Assembly (NCBI GenBank): GCA_020025375.1 | Contig: JAHHSF010000001.1 | Span: 1-33,825, forward strand | DNA from: Oscillospiraceae bacterium | GTDB taxonomy: Bacteria; Bacillota; Clostridia; Oscillospirales; Oscillospiraceae | Direction: 5' to 3' | Length of the DNA stretch: 33,825 bases | Part shown: positions 1 through 8,546 of the stretch, piece by piece | How positions within the stretch are numbered: position 1 is the stretch's first letter | How the letters are laid out: each line of letters opens with the position of its first letter | Made by a program: the position numbers and the translations under genes | Notes under the pieces: generated by a model | The model's database searches: none | Seen by the model: only the letters and a program-made list of their open reading frames with translations | What the model was told of the DNA's origin: nothing

Positions 1-764
1 CGGTCGGGCCGCTCGGTGACCCCCACCATGGGAAAGGGGGTGTCGGTCTCGTCGATGATATACTCCTCCAGGTTGCCGGTGGCAAGAAGGGCGTCAATGT
101 CAATGGCCTCCACCCGGCGGCGGACCTTGTCCACCAAATCCGGGTCGGTGAGTCCCTCCACCCAGAGGATGTCCACCGGGGTAAGGGAGCGGCGGCCCAC
201 GATCTGCTCCTGGATCTTCAGCTCAGGGGTACGCAGATGCCGCCGGACCAGGCTGGTGTTGGTACGGAGATTCTCCACAAAGGCATCCCGGGCCCCCTTC
301 ACTGCCGGCTCGTTCTCCGGTGCGGAGATGGACCGCTTTTCCTCCGTTCCCACGCCGAAGGAGAGGGCCTTGCTCATCCCTGGGAATAAAAGGATACAGT
401 TGCCCGCAATGAGGTCGTCCACCACTTGGTCCATTTCACTCCGCACCTCTGCCCCCAGGTTATAGAGGGCGCCATGGGCCATTTGCTGAAAGGCCTCCTC
501 CAGGGGAAGCTCCCGCAATCTCTCATCCTGGGCCAGCGGGCGGAGGACATAGTCCCCCGCCCGTTCCATCCGTACCATCCCTCCCACGGTGAAGAGCTCC
601 ACCTGCTTTTGTGGATCGCCGGCCAAGTATAGGGTCCGCTTTGCAAAATCCGCACAGTTATTAAATACGGATATAATACTCTCCGCTGTCAATGGAAGAG
701 GTATTTTTGGTTCCTGCCGGGGATGGGGAGGCGGAATCTCCTGTTTTCGCCCAAAAAATCCCAT
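1..764 (-). CDS. Spore germination protein, GerA/GerKA family A subunit (N-terminal ~254 aa; gene continues past the window start)
   Basis: Absent from the supplied ORF track because it has no stop inside the window. My minus-strand translation from ATG 764..762 (AAGGAGGGGGG just upstream) is stop-free to position 1. It reads MGFFGRKQEIPPPHPRQEPKIPLPLTAESIISVFNNCADFAKRTLYLAGDPQKQVELFTVGGMVRMERAGDYVLRPL...EQIVGRRSLTPVDILWVEGLTDPDLVDKVRRRVEAIDIDALLATGNLEEYIIDETDTPFPMVGVTERPD. This is the typical soluble N-terminal region of GerAA/GerKA-type proteins. Confidence 0.8.
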   Translation of the reverse strand, partial: MGFFGRKQEIPPPHPRQEPKIPLPLTAESIISVFNNCADFAKRTLYLAGDPQKQVELFTVGGMVRMERAGDYVLRPLAQDERLRELPLEEAFQQMAHGALYNLGAEVRSEMDQVVDDLIAGNCILLFPGMSKALSFGVGTEEKRSISAPENEPAVKGARDAFVENLRTNTSLVRRHLRTPELKIQEQIVGRRSLTPVDILWVEGLTDPDLVDKVRRRVEAIDIDALLATGNLEEYIIDETDTPFPMVGVTERPD

Positions 765-788
765 GGTCGTCCCCCCTCCTTTTCCCGG

Positions 789-3452
789 TCAGCATTTCCC
801 GGAAGCAGGGGAAATATACCTCCTTTTCTTTGAGCAAACACGCTCCGCACCCCATCGCCGCACCGCTTTTTCCAATTCGCAGATGACCAACGGCGTTATG
901 GACAGGGCCAGCACCGTCCCCCACTGAGCCACCGTCATGGGGACCACTGAAAAAACCGCCATAAGGGGCGGCAGGCAGAGGACCGCCAGTTGCATGGCCG
1001 TCCCCGCCAAAAACGCCTTGTTCATGGCCGGGTTTGCAAAGACACCGATTCGGAACAGGGAGGCATGCTCACTCCGCACGTCGAAGGCATGGAAAAGCTG
1101 GGAGAGGGTAAGGGTGGCAAAAGCCATCGTGTTGGCGGTCGCATGGCCCAACCCTGGCTCGGAAAGGAAAAACTCCCCCAGAAAGAAGGCCGTCAAAGCC
1201 AGAAAACCCACCATCACTCCCTGCCAGACCAGCCGGACGGCAAAGCGCCCGGCAAAGAGGCTCTCCCCCGCCGGGCGGGGCGGCTCCTCCATTACCCCCG
1301 GCTCCACCGGCTCCACTCCCAGGGCCAGGGCAGGCAGCGAGTCGGTCACCAGGTTGAGCCACAGAAGCTGGACGGGAAGCAAGGGCATCTGCTCAAACCC
1401 CAGCAGGGTCGCCAGGAAAATGGTAAGAATCTCCCCGATGTTGCAGGAGAGAAGGTAGTGAATGGCCTTTTTGATATTGGAATAGATTCCCCGACCCTGC
1501 TCCACCGCTGAAACGATGGTGGAAAAGTTGTCGTCGGTGAGGATGAGATCGGCGGCACTCTTTGCCACGTCGGTGCCGCTCCGCCCCATGGCGCAGCCGA
1601 TGTCCGCCGTCTTGAGGGCGGGGGCGTCGTTCACCCCATCCCCCGTCATGGCCACCACCCGCCCCTGCTTTTGCAAGGCCTTTACGATACGCATTTTATG
1701 TTCCGGGGTAACCCGGGCAAAAACAGAAAACTTCTCCACATCCTCCTCCAGAACCGACTGGGGCAAAAAGTCCAGCTCGGCTCCGGTGACCGCCCTATCG
1801 CCCGGTCCCATGATGTCCAGCTCCTTGGCAATGGCCACGGCGGTGAGCTTGTGATCCCCGGTGATCATCACCGGGCGGATGCCCGCTTCCCGGCACCGTG
1901 CCACCGCCCCCTTCACCTCGGGCCGGGGCGGGTCCATCATCCCCAACAGGCCAACGAAAACGAGATTGTCCTCATCCTCCGGGGTCAGGACCCCCGGGTC
2001 GGCGGGAAAGTCCCGGTAAGCCACCCCCAGCACCCGAAGGGCCCGGCCCGCCATGGCCTCGTTTTCCGCCAGGATGCGCCGCTTCAGGCCCGGTGTCATG
2101 GGGACCTCCTCCCGGTCCAGTGCCCCCCGGCACCGTTCGGCCAGCAGGTCAGGCGCACCCTTTACCAAAAGCCTGTATTTTCCCTCCCCCAGTGGGTGGA
2201 GGGTGCTCATCCGCTTTCGGTCGGAGTCAAAGGGCAACTCCCGCTTCCGGGGGCACTCCTTCTCCATGGTCTCCTTATCCAGCCCCTCCTTCGCCGCCGC
2301 CAGCACCAGGGCGGCCTCGGTGGAGTCCCCCGCAACCGTGCCGTTGGGCCGGAGAACGGCGTCATTGCACAGGGCTCCAATGGTAAGGGCGGCCACCTTT
2401 TGCTCGGGCCGCAATGTAAACAGCTCGGTCACCGTCATCTTGTTCTGGGTGAGGGTCCCGGTCTTGTCCGAGCAGATGACAGAGGCACACCCAAGGGTCT
2501 CCACCGCCGGGAGCTTCTTTACGATGGCATTCCGCCCGGCCATCTTCCCAACCCCCATGGCCAGGACGATGGTGACGATGGCGGGAAGCCCCTCTGGGAT
2601 GGCGGCCACTGCCAGAGAGACGGCAGTAAGGAACATATCCAGCATATTTTTCCCCGCGATGAGCCCTACTCCAAACATGACAGCGCAGACGCAGAGGCAG
2701 AGGAAGGAGAGGGCCTTGGAGATCTCGTCCATCTTCTTCTGCAGAGGGGTCTCTCCCTCCCCCTGCCCCAGAAGAAGCCCGGCGATGCGCCCCACCTCGG
2801 TGTCCATCCCCGTGGCTACTACCAGGGCGGTACACCGCCCGGCGGTGATAAGGGTGGCGGAAAGGAGCATATTCACCCGGTCCCCCAAGGGCAGGTCAGC
2901 GGGCAGGGCCTCTGCCGCCTTTTTCCCCACCGGCACCGATTCCCCGGTCATGGCTGACTCGTCCGCTTTCAGGGCGGAAGCCTCTAAAATACGGCAGTCT
3001 GCGGGGACCTGGTCCCCCGCTTCCAGCACCAGGATATCCCCCACCGCCAGCTCCTCTGCGGGCAGCTGGACCGGCCGCCCGTCCCGCAGGACCAGGGCCT
3101 GGGGAGCGCTCAGCTTCCGCAGGGCATCCAGCGCCCTCTGGGCGTTGTCCTCCTGCGCAATGGAGATGACGGCGTTCACCCCCACGATAAGCAAAATGAT
3201 GGCGGCATCCAGCCAGTCCTCTCCTCCGCTGGCCGCCAGGGATAGCCCCGCCGCCGCCAGCAGAACCATAATCATGGGGTCCTTGAGATGAAGCAGGATC
3301 CGAAGCCAAAGGGGACTCCTCTTTTGGACCTGGAGGACATTTTTCCCGTCCCGCTCAAGCCGCCGGGCCGCCTCGGTGGAGGAAAGCCCAGTCCGGCTTC
3401 CACAAGTCTTTTTCATGGCTTCAGCCACGGTGAAGCTGTGCCACGGTTCCAT
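789..3452 (-). CDS. P-type cation-transporting ATPase, Ca2+-ATPase (P2A, YloB-like)
   Basis: ORF 789..3458 (889 aa). Motifs seen: DKTGTLT phosphorylation site, IPEGLPA in M4, MITGDH, TGDGVNDAPAL. Start placed at the second ATG (3452), about 7 nt after AAGGAGGG; the first ATG (3458) abuts the SD. Stop is TGA. Confidence 0.93.
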   Translation of the reverse strand: MEPWHSFTVAEAMKKTCGSRTGLSSTEAARRLERDGKNVLQVQKRSPLWLRILLHLKDPMIMVLLAAAGLSLAASGGEDWLDAAIILLIVGVNAVISIAQEDNAQRALDALRKLSAPQALVLRDGRPVQLPAEELAVGDILVLEAGDQVPADCRILEASALKADESAMTGESVPVGKKAAEALPADLPLGDRVNMLLSATLITAGRCTALVVATGMDTEVGRIAGLLLGQGEGETPLQKKMDEISKALSFLCLCVCAVMFGVGLIAGKNMLDMFLTAVSLAVAAIPEGLPAIVTIVLAMGVGKMAGRNAIVKKLPAVETLGCASVICSDKTGTLTQNKMTVTELFTLRPEQKVAALTIGALCNDAVLRPNGTVAGDSTEAALVLAAAKEGLDKETMEKECPRKRELPFDSDRKRMSTLHPLGEGKYRLLVKGAPDLLAERCRGALDREEVPMTPGLKRRILAENEAMAGRALRVLGVAYRDFPADPGVLTPEDEDNLVFVGLLGMMDPPRPEVKGAVARCREAGIRPVMITGDHKLTAVAIAKELDIMGPGDRAVTGAELDFLPQSVLEEDVEKFSVFARVTPEHKMRIVKALQKQGRVVAMTGDGVNDAPALKTADIGCAMGRSGTDVAKSAADLILTDDNFSTIVSAVEQGRGIYSNIKKAIHYLLSCNIGEILTIFLATLLGFEQMPLLPVQLLWLNLVTDSLPALALGVEPVEPGVMEEPPRPAGESLFAGRFAVRLVWQGVMVGFLALTAFFLGEFFLSEPGLGHATANTMAFATLTLSQLFHAFDVRSEHASLFRIGVFANPAMNKAFLAGTAMQLAVLCLPPLMAVFSVVPMTVAQWGTVLALSITPLVICELEKAVRRWGAERVCSKKRRYISPASGKC

Positions 3453-3525
3453 ATACATCCCTCCTTTTGCTTATCAGTATAAGCCGGAGGGCCAGTCCGA
3501 TTTTCGGGAATGGTGGGCGGCGGAT

Positions 3526-3565
3526 AAAAAAAGGACTTCCCTGCTTTCAGGGAAGTCCTTTTTTC
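3526..3565 (-). terminator. Rho-independent terminator after the PPIase gene (looks bidirectional)
   Basis: 13-bp perfect stem AAGGACTTCCCTG (3531-3543) / CAGGGAAGTCCTT (3548-3560) with a 4-nt loop. It is flanked by an A-run on one side and a T-run on the other. Confidence 0.7.
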
Positions 3566-4748
3566 AGCTGCCGGGGGTCGCCTTGGGATTCAGCTCTGCC
3601 AGGGCGGTGGCATCCTGGATGGCGATTTCGGCCCGCAGGGCGTTCAGATTCTCCAGATAGCCGGGCAAATCCAGAGTCTCATAGGCTTCGGTGGTCTCCA
3701 CCACGGCGTTGTCCAGCCAGCCCACCATCATGCTGTCCATATAGGCGGCGTGCTGCTTATTCCGGATCGCGGCCTTCAGCTCCTCGGTGGCGGGGTCCAG
3801 CCGGAGGATGATATGGTAGCCAACATCGCTCTCCACCAGACCGCTGATCTCGCCGTACTCCAGGCTTCGGGTCCCCTCCTCAAAGGGACGGATCATCTGC
3901 CCGGAGGTAAAGGTGTAGCCATCGGGATTGGCGGCCCGACCGCCGTCCTCGCTGTGGAGGTTCATGAGCTGGTCGAAGGCGGCGGGCAGATCCTCGGAGG
4001 CCTGCAGCTCGGCCAGGACCTCCTCGGCCTTGGCCTTCTTGGCCGCCCGCTCCTCCTCGGACAGGGGCTGGTTGGTCAAGGGGTCCACCGTCATAAAGAG
4101 AATGTGCTTGGCCCTCAGAATGTCGTTTGCTTCGATGTAATCGGCCACCTCATCCTCGTCAAGGCCGCCGGAGTCATTGTCCAGCATCTTCCCATAGTAC
4201 GCCTGAAGGTTCTGGAACAGGTAAGGGGTCTTGCCGATTCGGTCATAACCCTCCCGGCTCAGGCCCACCTGGAGGAGCCACTTGTCAAAGGTGACCTCGC
4301 CCCCCTGCTCTGCGATGGTCTTGGTCATCATAGCGTCATACTCGGCCTCCTGCTCGGGAGTCAGGCCGCAGTCCAGCTCCTTGGCCTTATTCTCCACCAC
4401 CTGATAGAGTTTGATGCTCTCCAGCCCCTCCTCCTTAAGAAGCTGTTCCAGAGGCTTGCCCTTCAGCTCGGCGGTCCAGTCCAGCTCACCGCCGCCGAAC
4501 TGATAATACTGCATCATCTCGGCGGCATAGCCCACCATATAGAGGTACCGCTCCGCGTCCACCGGGGCGCCGTCCACGGTAAAAAGGGTGGTGTCCTTGG
4601 GAATACCGACGGTGTACTCCACCGCGTCGGGGATGGTGGCAGGGTCAAAGCCCACGGGCTTATCCAGCGTCTCACCCAGCTTGTTGAACCCCACAAAGGC
4701 CAGGACGCTGACCAGCGCCATGCCGATGATGGTAACAGAACGCTTCAT
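3564..4748 (-). CDS. Peptidylprolyl isomerase, parvulin/PpiC type, PrsA/SurA-like foldase with N-terminal membrane anchor
   Basis: ORF of 394 aa. N-terminal hydrophobic segment VTIIGMALVSVLAFVGF. Parvulin core ILRAKHILF...FEEGTRSLEYGEISGLVESDVGYHIILRL. SD ATAGGAGGAAAAAGA before the ATG. Confidence 0.85.
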   Translation of the reverse strand: MKRSVTIIGMALVSVLAFVGFNKLGETLDKPVGFDPATIPDAVEYTVGIPKDTTLFTVDGAPVDAERYLYMVGYAAEMMQYYQFGGGELDWTAELKGKPLEQLLKEEGLESIKLYQVVENKAKELDCGLTPEQEAEYDAMMTKTIAEQGGEVTFDKWLLQVGLSREGYDRIGKTPYLFQNLQAYYGKMLDNDSGGLDEDEVADYIEANDILRAKHILFMTVDPLTNQPLSEEERAAKKAKAEEVLAELQASEDLPAAFDQLMNLHSEDGGRAANPDGYTFTSGQMIRPFEEGTRSLEYGEISGLVESDVGYHIILRLDPATEELKAAIRNKQHAAYMDSMMVGWLDNAVVETTEAYETLDLPGYLENLNALRAEIAIQDATALAELNPKATPGS

Positions 4749-4808
4749 TCTTTTTCCTCCTATATGTGCAAAGACAGGTTCCAGGCGGCTTACCGCCTAA
4801 TTTTAAGT

Positions 4809-4837
4809 ATTATAACACATCGGCCCCTGGGATACAA
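4809..4837 (-). promoter_or_regulatory. Sigma-A-like promoter for the PPIase gene
   Basis: On the minus strand: TTGTAT (4837-4832), 17 nt spacer, TATAAT (4814-4809) preceded by TGT. A small hairpin AGGCGG-taag-CCGCCT lies in the leader. Confidence 0.5.
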
Positions 4838-4952
4838 GAAATTGATTTTCCTGTCCCGCTTCCATAAAATATACCGAAGCATCAACCCAGTGATCAATTC
4901 GGCTTTGTAGTGTTCCCTTTTCAAGGGGGACCGAAATTTTGCGGCTCCCCCG

Positions 4953-4988
4953 CAAAAAAGAACTCCCTCAGGCCCTGAGGGAGTTCTT
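4953..4988 (-). terminator. Rho-independent terminator after mfd
   Basis: Stem AGAACTCCCTCAGG / CCTGAGGGAGTTCT (4959-4987), followed on the minus strand by TTTTTT. A second small hairpin GCGG-n-CCGC lies next to it. Confidence 0.75.
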
Positions 4989-4989
4989 T

Positions 4990-7224
4990 CTATTCCCGGC
5001 CCGGGGTGTCCACGCTTTTGGCGTAATCCTCCAGGAGCTTCTGCCCCAGGCGGAGCACATCCTCGCCCTTTTTGAGCCGCAGGGAGAGGTAGGGCTTCTC
5101 CCCCGCCGAGAAGAGCAGGCGGCCCTTGTACTTGTCCTGGGCGCAGAGGGCAGAAACCCGGGCGAAGTCCATGTTCCCCAAGGTCAGGTTCAGATTCATC
5201 CCCCGCTGGGTAAGCTCGGTAATCCCAAGCCCGGCGGCGGTGGCCCGGAGGAGGGCCACGGTGATAAGGTTATTCACCGGCCGGGGCGGGTCCCCATAAC
5301 GGTCGATGAGCTCATCCACCAGGTCGTCGGCCTCCTCTTCGTTCTGAATCCGGGCGATCCGGCGGTAGAGGTCCATCCGTTGCTCCGGCATGGGCACATA
5401 CCGGTCGGGGATGGAGGCCACCACCGTGAGGTCAGCCTGACACTCGGTCTTTTTCTCGGCGGTGCGGCCCTGCTCTTCCAGCACGGCATCCTCCAAAAGC
5501 TGAAGGTACATATCATAACCCACGCTCATTAAAAACCCGGATTGCTCGGGTCCCAGGACGTTGCCCGCCCCCCGAATCTCCAGGTCCCGCATGGCGATCT
5601 TAAAGCCGGAGCCAAACTCGGCAAACTCCCGGATGGCCCCCAGGCGCTTGGCCGCCACCTCGGTGAGGACCTTGCCGGGCCGGTAGGTGAGATAGGCGTA
5701 GGCCCTTCTCGTGGAACGGCCCACCCGGCCCCGAATCTGGTGGAGCTGGGCCAAGCCCATCTTGTCCGCGTCCTCGATGATGAGGGTATTGGCGTTGGGG
5801 ATGTCAATTCCGGTCTCGATAATGGTGGTGCAGACCAGCACGTCCACCTCTCCGTCGGTCATCCTGCTCATCACGTCGTTAATCTCTTCCTGGGTCATCT
5901 TGCCGTGGGCGATGGCAATGTTCACATCCTCCCCCAGCATCTGGCCCAGGCGCGAGGCGGTCCTGGCAATGGTCTCCACCCGGTTATGGAGGTAGTAGAC
6001 CTGCCCGCCCCGCTCCAGCTCCCGGCGGATGGCATCCGTAAGGGCGGACCAGTCGTGCTCCAGCACATAGGTCTGCACCGGCTGGCGGTCAACGGGCGGC
6101 TCCTCCAGAGTGGACATATCCCGGATACCGGACAGCGCCATGTTCAGGGTCCGGGGGATGGGGGTGGCGGAGAGGGTGAGCACATCCACCTGTTTGGACA
6201 GCTCCTTCAGCTTCTCCTTGTGGGTCACGCCGAAACGTTGTTCCTCATCCACCACCAGAAGCCCCAGATCCTTAAAGATCACGTCCTTCTGCAAAAGCCT
6301 GTGGGTCCCCACCAGCAGGTCGATCTTCCCCTCACCCAGGCGGCGGAGGATGTCCTTAATTTGGGCGGGCGTGCGGAAACGGGAGACCGTCTCAATGACC
6401 ACGGGATAGCGCTCAAACCGCCGCTTGGCGGTGAGGAAATGTTGCCGGGCCAGGACGGTGGTGGGCACCAGGATGGCGGCCTGCTTCCCGTCAAGGACGC
6501 ATTTCATGATGGCCCGGAAGGCCACCTCCGTCTTACCGTAGCCCACATCGCCGCAAAGGAGGCGGTCCATGGGCCGGGCCGTCTCCATGTCCTTTTTGAT
6601 CTCGGCGATACAGCGGAGCTGGTCGTCGGTCTCGGTGTATTCAAATTGCTCCTCAAACTCCTTCATCCAGGGGGAGTCGGGAGAAAAGGCATAGCCGGGC
6701 GTGCGCTGGCGCTGGGCGTAGAGCTGGATGAGTCCCTTGGCCAGGTCCTTGGCCGCCCCTTTTGCCTTCCGCTTGGCCTTTTCCCAGGAATCCCCCCCCA
6801 GGCGGGAGAGCTTCTTGGTCTCCGGGTTGTCCCCGGCCCCAATATACTTACTCACCAGGTTGAGCTGGGTGGCGGGGACGTAGAGCACATCGGCCCCGGC
6901 GTAGGCGATCTTCAGATAATCCTTCTCAACGCCGTCGGTGACCATCTTCACCATGGCCACATAACGGCCGATGCCATGCTGCTCATGGACTACCAGATCC
7001 CCCTGGGACAGGTCGGTAAAGGTCTCCAGCTTCTGGCGGCTGGTGGCCGCCTTGGGCCGGAGCTTCTTCCGGGCGGCGGGCGCCCCCTCAGTGAGAATGG
7101 CAATCTTCCCGTCGGTGTACTCCAACCCGGCGGACAGGCCGCCCAGGGCAATGACCGCCTTGCCGGGGGCGGGAAGCGCATGGAGCTGAAAGTCCACGGC
7201 GGTCTTCACCTTGTTTTCCCGCAT
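4990..7224 (-). CDS. mfd: Transcription-repair coupling factor Mfd, C-terminal ~2/3 (RNAP-interaction/CarD-like domain, superfamily-2 translocase, C-terminal domain); second part of an interrupted gene
   Basis: ORF of 744 aa. CarD/RID-like DLSQGDLVVHEQHGIGRY, Walker A GDVGYGKTEVA, DEEQRFG (DEAH-type box), TATPIPRTL, QLHQIRGRVGRS. The frame stays open upstream to 7278 and is in phase with ORF 7279..8490. No SD precedes the Met at 7224. Stop is TAG (4990-4992). Confidence 0.9.
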   Translation of the reverse strand: MRENKVKTAVDFQLHALPAPGKAVIALGGLSAGLEYTDGKIAILTEGAPAARKKLRPKAATSRQKLETFTDLSQGDLVVHEQHGIGRYVAMVKMVTDGVEKDYLKIAYAGADVLYVPATQLNLVSKYIGAGDNPETKKLSRLGGDSWEKAKRKAKGAAKDLAKGLIQLYAQRQRTPGYAFSPDSPWMKEFEEQFEYTETDDQLRCIAEIKKDMETARPMDRLLCGDVGYGKTEVAFRAIMKCVLDGKQAAILVPTTVLARQHFLTAKRRFERYPVVIETVSRFRTPAQIKDILRRLGEGKIDLLVGTHRLLQKDVIFKDLGLLVVDEEQRFGVTHKEKLKELSKQVDVLTLSATPIPRTLNMALSGIRDMSTLEEPPVDRQPVQTYVLEHDWSALTDAIRRELERGGQVYYLHNRVETIARTASRLGQMLGEDVNIAIAHGKMTQEEINDVMSRMTDGEVDVLVCTTIIETGIDIPNANTLIIEDADKMGLAQLHQIRGRVGRSTRRAYAYLTYRPGKVLTEVAAKRLGAIREFAEFGSGFKIAMRDLEIRGAGNVLGPEQSGFLMSVGYDMYLQLLEDAVLEEQGRTAEKKTECQADLTVVASIPDRYVPMPEQRMDLYRRIARIQNEEEADDLVDELIDRYGDPPRPVNNLITVALLRATAAGLGITELTQRGMNLNLTLGNMDFARVSALCAQDKYKGRLLFSAGEKPYLSLRLKKGEDVLRLGQKLLEDYAKSVDTPGRE

Positions 7225-7278
7225 AAGGGTCTGGAGGTTCAGGCACCGCTGCTCACTGGAGACCAGGATGACGGCGGA

Positions 7279-8490
7279 CTAGCCCCCGGCCGCATAGAGC
7301 TTCGGGTCGGAGACCGCGGTCTCCAGGCTGGCACCGAAGGAGGGTGTCTGCTTGATCAGCAAACTGAGCAGAGCTTTGGGGGCCTCGGGATAAGCGGAGA
7401 CCGAAAAGGAATCCAGATAGGCCACCGGCCAGTCCTGGAGGCGGGCCATGAGCTCCTCCATGGTCCGGGCGAAGGTGGCCAGCTTCCCGGCCACCACCCC
7501 GTTTTCCACCATGACGGCGGCATCCTCGTTCAGTTGCCAGAGGTAATTTTTCCCCCGCTCAGCCACCCGGCTGCTCTCTGAGAAAAGGACCACCGCATCG
7601 GGGGGCAGATAGTCGGCTGCCGTGGCCATTTCAGGATAGATGAGTGCCAGGTAGCGGTCCATGGCCGGGAAGGAAAGCCCCTGGTGGATGCGCTCCCGGT
7701 CCTTTTCCAACTTCTCCACCAGAGCCGGGTGCTTCTTTTCCGAGGAAATAAGCCGTTCCAGGGCCTCGGTAAGCCCGGCCACCCCCCCAGGGGCGAACTG
7801 GGGCAGGACCTCGGCGGCAGGCAAAATTTCCGCCTCGGAAATATTCATCACCCGGCGCTGGGTGGTGGGGTCGAAGAAGCCCATGGAGTCCACCTCGTCC
7901 CCGAAAAACTCGCACCGCACCGGCTTTTCGTGGCTGGGAGAGAAAAAGTCCAGGATGCCGCCCCGGAGGGCAAACTGTCCCACCCCCTCCACCTGCTCAC
8001 ACCGGGCGTAGCCGGCGGCGGCCAGCGTATTGGCCAGCTCATTCAGGTCGTAAACTCCACCTACCCGAAGAAGCTGGGAAGCCTGGGCCAGCATGGCGGG
8101 CGGCATGGTCCGCTGGAGGAGGGCATCCACTGTGGTGACCACCACCGGGGCCATATCGTCCACCATGGCACGGAGGACAGACAGGCGGCGGTGCTCCCAC
8201 TGGTGGGAGGCGGTGGCGGCCTCGTAAAAGGTCAGCTCCCGGGCGGGCAGAAGGCGGTAGTCCTCCCCGGTAAGGGCCCGCACGTCAGCCCCCAGCCGCT
8301 CGGCCTCGTGCTCATCGGAGCAGACCAACACCACCGGGCGGCCCTGGAGGGCCCGGAGCCCGGCGGCGAAAAAAGCCCGGTGAACGGCCGAAAGGCCGGA
8401 GACCGCCACGGGACAGCGGCCGCTGTCCATGGCGGCCACCAGCCGCTCAAATTCCGGTATTTGTTTGAGATAAGAGGTGAGTATCTTCAT
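7279..8490 (-). CDS. mfd: Transcription-repair coupling factor Mfd, N-terminal UvrB-homology module; first part of an interrupted gene, ends at in-frame TAG 7279-7281
   Basis: ORF of 403 aa. Motifs GYARCEQVEGVGQFALRGGILDFFSP and VRCEFFGDEVDSMGFFDPTTQRR, typical of Mfd domains 1-2. GGGAGGAAGC sits before the ATG at 8490. Together with ORF 4990..7224 and the 18 bridging codons the total is about 1166 aa, which is normal Mfd size. Confidence 0.9.
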   Translation of the reverse strand: MKILTSYLKQIPEFERLVAAMDSGRCPVAVSGLSAVHRAFFAAGLRALQGRPVVLVCSDEHEAERLGADVRALTGEDYRLLPARELTFYEAATASHQWEHRRLSVLRAMVDDMAPVVVTTVDALLQRTMPPAMLAQASQLLRVGGVYDLNELANTLAAAGYARCEQVEGVGQFALRGGILDFFSPSHEKPVRCEFFGDEVDSMGFFDPTTQRRVMNISEAEILPAAEVLPQFAPGGVAGLTEALERLISSEKKHPALVEKLEKDRERIHQGLSFPAMDRYLALIYPEMATAADYLPPDAVVLFSESSRVAERGKNYLWQLNEDAAVMVENGVVAGKLATFARTMEELMARLQDWPVAYLDSFSVSAYPEAPKALLSLLIKQTPSFGASLETAVSDPKLYAAGG

Positions 8491-8546
8491 GCTTCCTCCC
8501 TATAGGGCCGGACGACGGCCCAGGCTGAACGGTTCTTTTTTGAGGG

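Noticed and set aside
16-927. Track ORFs at the window start (16..465 +, 374..655 -, 426..632 +, 589..927 +, 661..924 -, 692..886 +).
   Set aside because: All overlap the edge-open minus-strand GerA-family gene (1..764) or the ATPase 3' end in other frames. Their sequences are Arg/Ser/Pro/Trp-rich and not protein-like.
7279-7281. Possibility that the in-frame TAG in mfd reflects pyrrolysine or a reassigned amber codon.
   Set aside because: TAG is used as the apparent true terminator of mfd itself (4990-4992) and of the noc-like gene (29920-29922). No pyl genes or methylamine methyltransferases are in the window, and mfd is not a known Pyl protein. A nonsense mutation or sequence error is far more likely.
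5542-7581. Very long ORFs antisense to real genes. Examples: 5542..7581 (+, 679 aa), 9809..11845 (+, 678 aa, spanning pth, prs and the glmU-like gene), 12839..13960 (-), 13917..15740 (-, 607 aa), 16075..17625 (-, 516 aa), 22510..24258 (+, 582 aa), 24020..25561 (+, 513 aa), 28086..29057 (-), 28912..29889 (-), 30083..30916 (-), 32524..33714 (-).
   Set aside because: Their translations are Gly/Arg/Pro/His/Leu-rich and low in complexity, with no recognisable motifs, starts or SD sites. Each lies exactly opposite a gene with strong family motifs. Stop-poor antisense frames are expected at about 60% GC with GC-rich third codon positions. They are treated as shadow ORFs.
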